Below are positions 43,701 through 55,700 of a stretch of 64,000 nt of DNA, in pieces. Within the stretch, counting starts at the first letter, position 1, and every line of letters starts with the position of its first letter. Below the pieces are notes generated by a model. It made no database searches. It was not told where the DNA came from and saw only the letters and a list, made by a program, of their open reading frames with translations. This stretch comes from Phoronis australis (lineage: Eukaryota; Animalia; Phoronida). Made by a program: the position numbers and the translations under genes. The stretch covers positions 270,127 to 334,126 of the forward strand of contig NMRA01000436.1 of NCBI GenBank assembly GCA_002633005.1, written 5' to 3'.

Positions 43701-46700
43701 AATCCTATGCATGTCCCGACATTCCGGAGCCACTCAAAGTCCTTCCGTTGAAATATCCATGTGATAGCGCATGGCCTTGCATCTCCATCATATAACATTC
43801 TTCCTGTACTCTCCTAAGCTACAGGCCGATGTGTTTAAAACATTTGGTCACCACCCAAAGCCGCCTAACTGGGTTGTAAAACCTAGTTATATCCTTGGTT
43901 ATGGTACTGACATCATGTTATGCATCATACGGTTGGTCATTGAAGTATACACTCATGTACAACCCGTCCTTAGAACAACTTCCAGAAGGTCGGCTATTCC
44001 AATATTTGTGCCGATTCAGTTAATTTTGGAACTTCTTTTTATATTTATCCAATGATACGCTGTAAGCGATGTTTAATTGTATTCATTAAAGTAACACGAA
44101 CCGTTATTGTATCCACAACAATAACACCATAGGTAAGGGTAACGAGGATAATTTGACGTGTTTCAGTTCGAAGCTGAAGCGAAAGTCAACTATGACGTGA
44201 GATTGACAGTAGAAGGGAAATATAGCATTGATGTAGCCAAACGGCTGTGGAGATCGGCTCGACCTTGGCCATTCAACATTCGTATTGGCCCAGGTATTAG
44301 CTTGAAGTTCACAATAGGAGCCGAACTGTGGCTTCAAGCCTCTTTTGAAGCTAATGCTGAGCTCTCAGTGACGACCGGATTTCATTCTTCCGCCAAATTT
44401 ACCGTGTGTAAGTGTCTTTTATTCACGTACGTATACTACATATGGGCGATAATTCTCCAAAATCCATTCGGGCTCTAGATAACGGGGGATAACGACTTCG
44501 CAATGTAATAATCTATATTTATCTTGGGAAAATGCACAAATGTATGTTGTGTTCGGAATTAAGCGATTCTTTACAAAATGGTTGTTAGCACTTTTTTATT
44601 CAAACACATTGACGATATGCGCTGATGAATTCTTGTTGTTGGACTCTGCTGTTTAGCTTCTGCACTGTTTGTGTACATAGAAGGTCTACATAAGGTCAAC
44701 TGATGTTCCAGCATAATATGTTCACAGCAAACCAAAAGCTGGGTTCCAATCCATCAACTTTTGACGTGTCCAGAATGCTCGAACCGTTCGTAGCTCACCC
44801 TCCAAGGCTTGACTTGAACGCAGATGCCACGGGGACGTTCAGTGTTTACCCAAAAGTAGGTTCATATTTTCAGTCATTAGAAGACTTTTCAGACACTGCA
44901 CACAACCCGCCCCTTTCCGATTTGAAGCGCACGGTCGGTTGGCCGTAATATTTAAGGTTAAGTTCAAGCCCATTTCGCAAATCGCTTTCAGCTGTACATG
45001 AGCATATTATGAGAATTTCAAATCAATTTAATCTCATTCAATTAGTTGTTTTTTGTTAAAAACTCAGTTATTGAAGGCTCTACCAAGCGGCACGGTTGTT
45101 TACGAGCCATGGGTTGTGAACCACCCATACAGTATAGCTTCAAGGTTCGGATTTTTTCTTATTGTTATGCCGCGTGAAAGTAGAATTCAGACTGTGAAGG
45201 AAAACGTTTCTCTGAATGCAAGATGAAGTGTGCGTGTAAGTAGAGTGTTTCGTCTACACGTTAAACGCTAACGCGAGATTCACCAGAGGTACCAAGTTCA
45301 AGCCCGCGCGTGCGTCGTGTTCAAGTAGAGAGATTCAGCTACACGTTAAACACGCGACTTAAGAAGATTTACATACTAGTCACTACCAAATACATGTCAA
45401 CCAATACGGAAATTACGCATTAGCTACGTATTTTTGCCATTTCTGAAGCGCCAATTGAAAATTCTACGTTTTTCCGGTAATTTATACATTTTTGCCGATG
45501 TTCATAATAAAAGTTCCAAACCTTAGGTTTGGCGTTTACTGGTAATTTCCTTTGTCGAAATAATTTCATATCACGAGCCTTGCTCGACAGGGCCAGGTTT
45601 CAGTTACAAAGAAAGGGGGGATCCAGGATTTTGAGTTAGGGGGGGGCACGGCTCAGGAATAACCAGAATTTTGCCATATGCGCGCGTCCAGCCTAAAACG
45701 TAGGGATGCAGGGGTCTCGAATTTTTGGGTTTGTGGACCTTATTACTCCTGCAATAAGTTGCCACGTCGGTACTTTTGACATTGCACGTCATAGGCAAAA
45801 GCAAAAAAAATCGTGTCAGCAGTTCTTGCGCGATGGTGCCGGTGTGCTTCGAAAACAACCTCCGAGCCTTCTGCTCAACAAAGCCGGCAAAGGCAATGCA
45901 GGCTCGAGGATTTATTGCAAGATTTGTGATTTGTTCCATGTCAAGGTTTTCTCCTCCAAATTTGTCTTCAACTTTCAGCGGATTTTGGTCTTGAAATGAA
46001 GGAGGTCATTCCATTTTGGTTATTTTTTCGAAAGCTCTACCCCACGCGCCGAAGCCATGCTCACTACAGTTTTCAGACTTACCTCCTTTAAACACAAATG
46101 GATTGACAGCTATGAGAAGTTTTCATGGATCTCAGTTACATTCCTGATTTCAGAATCAAATGCTTCCATTGAATAACGCCTGTTATTCTGATATCAGGGA
46201 CCCGTAAGTATGACTGTTACCAGCAACTGGCTGGCTGGTGATGACTGCATGCGTGAAACTGTTGTGGCAGCCGGGGGAGGCGGTAAAGCTACGACCGTGG
46301 TGACATGTTATGCCCCCGGTGAAAATGATCAACATACCAGTTACATAAATTCTAAGCCGTCATTTTCTTTTTTTACCAATAGTTGCTTTTTGGCAAAATG
46401 TACTGAGAAAAAGTTTGTATTTACATGTCATTAACAAAGTCTCAGTTATCACTGTTTGCTTGTAAAAAAGTATTCCTCTCATCTGCTTTTATGAAATATT
46501 ACCGAAATTGGGATGTTTTAGCACAAAATATGCGTATATTGTCGCCCTGTCACTTGTTACCGCCTTTTCATTACGTTTTTTCTTGGAAAAATCGAGGGGG
46601 TTCAGAACAAAAGTCACATTTCATACAATCAAGCAAGTAAGACACATTCACTAAGCTACACCATCTCTTGGATAGCTACATGTAAACGTTAGAGAAATAT

Positions 46701-49700
46701 TAAACAGTTGTATATATCAAACAATCTTTTACTATACATCGGCTATTAAACTTACGTTTTGCACTTTCGCGTGATCAGTGGTCTTTGCGTTGCTTCTACC
46801 AAGGTGACAAAACTGAAACTGAACCCGAGAATGTAGGTAAATATTGCGACGTAGTAAGCAAAGAAGGTCGACCTCACACGTTCGCGCTCAACGTGTAACC
46901 GAAACTCAAACAGAATACCCGCCCAAATCGTCAATTTTATTCCTGTAGCGGGCAAAGGTCTGAAGTTGTAATTCGGGGTCGTTTGGAATCATTTGCCTGT
47001 CATAAATACAACATAGCTTCAAAAATTGTTGCAGGTCCAAATCAAGCTCTGATATTTCCTCACACAAATTTCTTTGAACATTTATGTGCAGTTTCGTGTA
47101 TTTTTCCGTACTTCACCCGATGTTATCTGTGACCCACCCAAAGGTGACCTGCGGGTCTAGGTTATCTCCATCAACAGTAAATCACGTGACTGGCAATTGA
47201 AAACTTGTTTTAAACATCAGTGTTACACTACTTGATTCTTACCATTTTGATCAATTTAGTATCATTTTAGAAACTTAGAAGAAGAGTGGAACTTGAGAAC
47301 ATTAATGTGACTATCATTATGTAACGTCTGTTTTGGAATACCGACAACAAAACTGTGAAAGGTCGCGTTTTGACGCAGAATTCCGTTTTGAAGCGATTGC
47401 TGTTTAAAGAGCATTGACTCCTGATTTCGGTACACGATATCTTGAGAAAGACTCCACCAACTTCAACTATGTTTGATATTTCTGACAGGGCAACATCTTA
47501 TGGTCAAAATCACGTCTCTGTCTCTTATTCGGACACCTGGGAACGTTTATAATTTAAAATTAATTGTAGCATTATTCTTATAAAAATGTGTGTAAAGCAA
47601 TAAAATTAGTTGTGGTTAAGTAAACATCGGACATAGGTATTTAAAATCCCAGAAATGGCTTTGAGCCCTTTTATCAAGAGGTTTAGTACAGAAAGTTTGG
47701 TGAATGTTGGTAAATACATTACGCCCATCAATGTACAAAAAATTTACTAAACCATGTGATGACGTGACCACAAATTTGGTTGTTCGAGTAACTTTAAAGT
47801 GCCGAGTGTTGTTTTTTTTATTTAACACTAGTTTTTAGTTTAAATGCAGATTGTCCAAAAGCTGGCTTCAGAACTTTAAAAGACCGAAGGATATTCTACT
47901 CCTATGGCCGGGTCATCCTACACGAAATCGACGTCTTATGCGTTAGATTATGCTCTTGATGTTGATTTGCTCTTGTAGCCAAACTGATGAAGATGTAACG
48001 ACTTCAAATGAACTGTTTGTTGCTCGAGGTCATGCCTCTACTTTACGTCATCTTGTCATGGCGAGTCATTTTTGTGCGTTCAATATGGTCTCGATGAAAA
48101 ACAAACTGTAACGTTTTTTTCAAACCGAGAAATCTCTGCTCATCTAAGTAATGAGAAAGTTGAGACCAACTTTATTGCGGCAAGTTTTGTAAATCAAAGG
48201 TTGGATTCTTGGACAGAACGCCACCTTGAGAATGTTTACTTCATTACTGCGTTGCATATTTTACTACACCTGTAGTCCACAAATACCCCCAGTGCATGCA
48301 ATGCCTCGCGATCCTCCGCTAAAAGCATCGGACACCCTACATACTTGCACACGTATACTGTAAACCTACATCGAATGTTCAATAGTAATATGCACTAGGT
48401 CGTGTCAATTTTCCTTTTGTAGATTGAGATTGCAGCAGGGATTGCATGGGGTGTTTCAGAGTCAATATTTGAAATATCTTTAGCAGCACCTGTCGCTATT
48501 GGGTAAGTTTCTTGGTGTGTTGTGTGGATTACCGCATTCAAATTGCGACATAACGCTAGATTATCCCTTAGATTATAGGCAACAGATTCGCAACTCCGAC
48601 ATTTTCTTGGGAAATATCCTAGAGGAGGCGCCACCCTCTAAACAGAGCAAACTCAGCTTCCGGTTAGTGTGTTGTGACGGGAAATTCCTCCATGATCTAT
48701 TTTACTAGCACGTACAACGAAAAAAATGATTCCGGCATTGAAACGCTGTTTAAGGTCTTCCAACTCTAGAGTGCATAAATTTTGAGCGGCACCGGCGTGT
48801 ATTCGAGCATAAAATGAAACGCCTCGGTGGAGTATAAAACTGTTGATGAAATGCGAGATTGGTTTTTGAGTAAACCTGGAGGTTATTTCTTGAGTATTAA
48901 TATGATCTTTATTTCAGAATTTAACGTTTTACGAGCGTTCAATTTATTTAATTACGGATATGAGTTGAGCAAAATCCCCGATCCAATTCGCGACGAAATG
49001 ACTACAATTAGTAGACGAAGTACTTGCCGGAAGTAAAGCGTGCTATGTCTGCCAGGTGTCGCTAGTGTATAATGAAGTCACAGCTCATGCGTAAAATTAA
49101 TTTCGTCCTTTGAAAATATACGGAGTTGGCGTTGCATGATTATCAACACCGTTGTTTTCAGCACATTTGCCAATAAGATAATAGGCATCGAGTGACATTT
49201 AAAAAAATTCAAGTAATAATACGGATTTTTTCGAAATTCATGACACATGTAGAATCGTTTGTTATCTTCATCTTTAGACTTAAGCCCGAGTTGACCATGA
49301 CATTCAATTTACAATCATCAATGGGGTCAGCTATGGTTGGAGAATTCGATATGCTTCTCAACGTTGACATGAATTACGAAGTGCGACCAGTGCGATTCAA
49401 CCTTCACATCATTGGGAAGCCATGGTAAAACGCTTACAATTCTTCATAATCTTGTTATATTTGTGTTTTTGTAGACTGCCTGTTGGTTTTATGTACATCT
49501 GCACGTTATTTGTCACGCGCCATAGTACAGTATGATAATCAGTCTTACCCTATGAGTGATGTATGACTCGAGAAATTGGGCCATTCCTTTTGTGTTCTAT
49601 GTAGAAATAACTGACTAGTGCAATCATTACAAGCGCCAAACGGTGACGATTTAAAGTAACAAGCATTTTTTATCTGTCAGGAGATGGGATATAGTCCGAC

Positions 49701-52700
49701 TGTCGAAGACTGGGGAGTTGGCTTTGTTGAATAGACCACTGGAACTTGCTGTCGCCAACATAGTGACATGTCCAGCAACTTCGACCAAGCTATGTGACAA
49801 ACCAGGAACTCCTATAACCAGCCGATCCAGCAAAAGGTATCTTACTTACATTTTTAGGAGAAGCAAGACTCTTAAATTAACTATAGTTTACTAGTGTGGT
49901 TTCTACTCACAATATTGGCTTAAGCCAACCACTAATATTCAAGCATTTTCGCCTTCAGACTTGATGTAATGTAACATCAATTATTAAATGACGAATTGCA
50001 CTTGTTTTAATTGTGCCCAATGTCTTATTACCGAACCCATCGCCATAACACGTGCACGAGGTTTTACTCGTCGCCCAGACAGTAACAATTTGCCCGGGAC
50101 CTTTTCTAGATTGACCAAGGTAACGACATCGGGCATTGTGTTTGAAAGCAGCAACTCGAGGCTGATGGCAAGTGCAATGGCTAAGAAACTTCTTCGATTT
50201 TCGGAGATGATTAAGTACGTCGATGGATGGCAAAATCGTGAGTTGGTAGTTTTAATTTTACTCTGACACGCATAAGTCTCTTCTTGAAGATTAAAATCGC
50301 AGTCGTGAATGCACTAACAAGCATTTAGTAAAAATGAAATTGATTCTTACTGCCATTATAGAGTATTTGGTGTCCTCGATAAAAACACCCAAATCCAAAC
50401 AATACTCCTAAACAACTATTGCGATCTACTTTAGGAAAACTTGTTGTCAAGCAGGCGTGGAGTCCTACAGTTCAAGGTCTTGGCAGTGAGGGTAGAGAAA
50501 TAAAAGTCGGTATAACAAAACCATCGTCCGATTCCGAAGACACGTCTTCATCTACTGCCACGAAGTTAGGAAAGCTTGCCAGGTGTGCGCAATTCTGCGG
50601 AGTGCGTAAGGAATCTTCCGCAACCGTTATTGGAGTTAAGAGAGCGAGAACATTGAGCGATACAAACTACATCACGGGTATGTACGTGTAGATCAATCAG
50701 CAATGTAACTGCGATCGGTGGAACATTATAAACAGGTAGCATATTACACTTTAAAATGGTGTCAGCCAACCAACACCTAAGAAGAGGTGTGATTGTTGAT
50801 TGAAATCAAAGTGATTAGGGGCCCAGATTTGCTGTAAATTGGTGTGTTGAGACGTAGTGTGCTGGTACAAACAATATATGGGGTTTATTTCATTGGTCGT
50901 ACAGGTAAGTCAGACGGGAATGGGGTGAACTTGTGGCCAATTGTATTAGCCCCGTTTCGAAAAAAAAACTTAAAACATTTGGCTCTCGGCCTTAGTTTTG
51001 CTTTTAAATCAAAACTAAGACCGATTAAGTTTAGCGTTTAAATTGTTAGGTTTAAATTGGTAAATTCTAAAAACCAAAAGTGTTAGCAAAATTCTAAAAA
51101 TCAAGAGGGTGTTGTAGTAGGATAAGAAGTAAATGAAGCACAGGGCTTACATCACTTACTGTATATTAAACCAGCAGGGCTTACATCACTTACTGTATAT
51201 TAAACCAGCAGGGCTTACATCACTTATATTAAACCAGCAGGAAAATAGTTTCAATAGTTCAAACGGTTTCTAACCCATCCAGGCAGTTTCTGTGAAGACT
51301 TTACTAGCAAGACATTCATCCAAAGTTATAGGTCTTTATATATTAATTGTGTCTTTGGTGGTGTTCTAAAGTAAAAATGCAGGATGCAGTTACATTTACA
51401 AAAAAAAATGTGATAAAAAATTACTCGATTTGCATATCAAAAATTTGCAGATAAAGGCTTTGTGATAGATAAATTAGCAAAGATCTGTTGCTTAGCTTTA
51501 AATTGTACTGTGGACAGATCAAGGCTGCCGTTTTGGACTTTCCATAGAAGTTTATAAACTCGTTTTTTGTAAAGTAAAAATTAGTGATCCTGATACATGT
51601 TACCGTAAACAAAGACATTGGAATACATTTTGCGATTGACGGATTAATATGTTATTAAAGAATGTGGAATATGGAAAAAATATTCATCATATATGATTTT
51701 GAAGACCTGGTACAGAATTGTCAGTTTTCGAGAATGAAAAACAGGACAACTGAATTTAAAAGCGGGATTTCCGGACAAAAAGTGGGAAATCTTGGTCCAT
51801 GTCAACACGCAAAGAAGAAACGTTCGCCCAGCAGCGTTCTTTGTCAAACGGGAGACGTAACACAGAAAAGTGCCCGACTGCGGATTTTTGTTTTTTAAAT
51901 CGAATGGTAAATTGTAGGTGCCTAAAAAGCAAATGAAACGCCCCGTTTTTTCCTTTTAGTCGAACGAGTAAATAGGACCATGTCGCGAGTGAAATTACAA
52001 TAGTAGATGATGAAATGTCTATTTTACGTGTGTTAATAATCGGGCCATTTTGATGGTGTGGCGGGAAGGTGAGAAAAAATTAAGAAAATGGAAAAATCTA
52101 CCATGATCGGGACCGTTGGCAAATACAATATACATTGTATTATGTCAGCAGCGCAAAGTATTGGATTGGATTCTTATCCAAGGTAAATAGGTGAATTTTT
52201 CATTTTTTAAATTTTAGTTCACGGGTATAGGTACATGTAAATACCACGGATAACATTCACTGCTCAGAAATCGAATTACCAATAAGTATCTGGGCGACAT
52301 GTAAGTATTGCAATAACTAATTATCATAGGAATAATTGCAAAGAGTAATAATATATGTATACGGAGGTGATGTAACTACGCTCTGATAGAATATATTGGT
52401 CACGTGCGGATTTAACATTCCAGGTGTAGAGTTTTAGGGTCTACATGTACATGTAAGTTGAGACCAAAGCCCGATTTTGTGGTTCCCAATTTTCGTCTTA
52501 GACCTAATGCAGGTCTTAACTGATACAAATATTGGTATGAAAATCATATTTCATAAAATGAGTCCGTTCTTAGTTTAAAGACCATGTGCATGTGCTAAAG
52601 AAATTATCACGTGACTGTGAGGCTACTGCTGACAATGCTTGTTAGCCAACGGACCAATACTGTAGCTGAGTTGGATGCCACGGGTAATTTTTACGAAAAT

Positions 52701-55700
52701 TTCAGTTGTGTTTGCTCAAGGGAGTTTGCACGTCTGTTGAAATCATTATATTGTATACTAGAAATTATGACCGTTGTTGAAGTTCTATACGATCGAAGTT
52801 ATTTTTTGTGTTCTCTGTTGATTTCTTAGTTATGAAGACACCCAAGCAGAACAAGCTGCGTATTTACGAGTTGCCTGTCGGCCAAGGTGACGGTACAGTG
52901 ATACAGTGCTCTGACGGTACGGTGACCCTAGTTGACCTCGGCTCATCAACGTCGACATCCAGAGGATACTGGGGTTTCAATCATATATCCAGCTTTATGA
53001 CCAGAAGAAATATCAACGAAATTAAACACGTTTTCATAACGCATGGTGACCAAGACCATTTTAACCTTATACCTGGCTTGATTAACTCCGTAAACCGCGG
53101 TAAAATGAAAATTTACTACTCAGACGTTTTTAATACTTTGGCAAACACGTTTCCAAGAATCTCTACCAAACTCATTCGCAGGTGCACGGGGACTCGGTCA
53201 TGCGAGTCTTTCCCGTTATGTCCTGGTGTTGAGATGCAAGTTGTTGCGTCACAGCTCGGCTCCTTGCCAAACGAGAAAGGGATTGTACTGCGCTTAAAGC
53301 ACGGCGGCTTCACCATGTTGTTTGTGGGCGACGTCTCGGAGAAAGCGTCCTCCGATACCCTAAAGCGGTATCCGTCGGATATCAAGGCCGATGTCTATAA
53401 ACTTGGACACCATGGGAGTAAACGTGCCAAGACAAACACCATCAGTTTTTTAAACACAGTTCAACCGAAAATTGTAATTTCATCTGGAGACCCCTGGTAT
53501 ACCTATAAACACCCAAACTGCATATCATTAGAAACGGCTCTGGACTCGGGAAACATTTTAAGAAGTTCTGCATCAGGTTTTCGAATAAGAACCCAAACAG
53601 ACTTCACGTGCGGCGATTCGTCTGGTCGGGCAAACATTGACGGTTTCGGAAAAGCACTGTACACGCACGCCCCGACAGAAACTACGTTAAACCTTATAAT
53701 TATAACTTACGACGCTGTGACGAAAATAACCAAAGTCAAACCTCTGCAAATGTCCACAGACTCGCATTCTTCTGCCAGCTCGAGAGGGCGTCGTAGTACC
53801 GACTCAGAAATTGCTGACGACTCGTCATTTGGTGGCAGTGAGTATAAAGGTTTTTTATCAAATTCTGAAACATGCCCCACTTAAGAATAAGCGCAAGGCA
53901 GCACTGTTTTGAAAGGGCAGTGTTGTCTCGCATTCAGTTTGTTCTAGCATTATAGACTTGTGAACATCTCGAAAACGAGGTCATTTGGTACGATTTTTTT
54001 ATCAAACTAAGCTACTGTATAATCTTATTTTGTATACATATGCCAACCTGTCAGTTTGTGTCTTATTTCTCTCATAATGACTTAAGTTACACCGGTTCAG
54101 GTTGTGGAAGTACGTTTACATGTCCAGCTGATTTAAATACAACTGTGAACTGAAAAAATGACCAGTAGAGAACCACTTGTCAGAAATTGTCTAACGCTTT
54201 TAGATGCTAGGAATGAGACTAAACGTGTGTAAGGTTTTTCTCGTGAACGTCTCATCTCTTTTTCTTCATACAGATGATTTTTGAACCTCCCATCTTTATT
54301 TCCAATACAGGTGATTTCCCAGACATCAGTTGGTGCTCCAACGAACAACACCCTAACTTACAACCAGGCGAAAGTAGACCGCCTAGTAGAACTATGAACG
54401 AGGTGTGCAAACCCATTATACAACCGATAGGGCGAAGTGACGAAAGAGTTTACACGTAAGATATTGGCAAAACGTGGTTCACAATTATCTCGAACGTAGA
54501 CTCACAGTTTTTGTAGGCTCACACATGCATGCGCGTTCTCACTGACGTATTTTTTTTGCAATATTTTGCATTTTCATATTAACAAGTAGGCGCATTATGC
54601 CGCCATCCCTGTCCGTCCGTCCACCCGTTTGGGAGACCCCGGGATCGAATCCTGGCATTACTGGCTGACAATCTATTGTCGCACAAAGCTGTCTCCTACA
54701 CCTCCGAGCTCCATCTTACTCGTGAATGTACAGGTACGCAACGGAATGAATGAAAACCTGGGTATCATGCAAAAACCATTTCTGGGGCTGGGCTAGTTCA
54801 AAACAAACGACGCCATCTCATTTTGGGCGGACTTGATGTAGTCTGCGCAACTCGATTATACTTTTTTGATTACGTGTTTGACATCACCCTCTCCATCTGC
54901 AATACCGCTTGAAGAACAGTATTAAAATTTGGAGATGTGTTGGTGATGAGATGACCGACGCTGACGTTGATTTTCGGACGTGTATAACTACTCTGTCAGC
55001 CCGTATTGGAAATTTTATTTTTGTTTGCGTTCACGGCTTTATTTCCTTTGCCCTATGCAATAAATGTGTTCCTATGGAGATGGCAACAGTTGACGGCCAG
55101 TTTCAGACAATCCAACAACAGCTGTGCTCCCTAGTGGCATTACGTTTGCCCTCTTCAGTGTTTCCTAATGCTTTTTCAAGAAATTTGGCAAAAAATTATA
55201 TTATAAAGGTGACAGCTCCTTCCCTTTTGTGATAAATTTGACGTATTCTGCACCAACTAGTGGCCGTTTGAATTATTTGTTTACTCTCTTTTTGTCGCCA
55301 CCTTCTGCACTTGCCCAACCACGCGAAGGATGATTATGAAAATTGGCAGGTGTGTTCTTACTGACAAGAGTATGACTGACGTGGATTTTCAAACGGGTCC
55401 AACTACTGTAGTGCCCCACAATGATAGTTTTCGCATCTATGCCTCTATCTTCTTAGTCCCTTACGAGATAGTTTTGAAATTTTGCAAATGAATTCCTATG
55501 AACTAGAAATTAACACCCCTAGAGGCGAACCGTTTGCGGTTCGGTCGTGGGCGCATTGCAACGCTTCGCGTTGCACTTGTATAATGTTATTGTTATTGAT
55601 TGCGTTTATTGTTGGCGCCAATGTTATTTTTTTGTCATGTTATCGTTATTATCATAATGATTGATGATGCTGATGTTACTACTGCTGTTGGATAAAACTT

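Noticed and set aside
52666-52683. Possible 18-bp phase 1-1 micro-exon before the MBL exon
   Set aside because: It has AG/GT boundaries but a poor pyrimidine tract and is not needed for frame.
52808-53884. ComEC-like ORF as bacterial contamination or a stand-alone competence gene
   Set aside because: It has no ComEC transmembrane competence domain and no bacterial operon context. It is bounded by phase-matched spliceosomal sites inside a eukaryotic multi-exon gene.
54630-54660. tRNA gene suggested by B-box-like GGGATCGAATCC
   Set aside because: There is no cloverleaf or A-box context. At most it is a SINE-head remnant.
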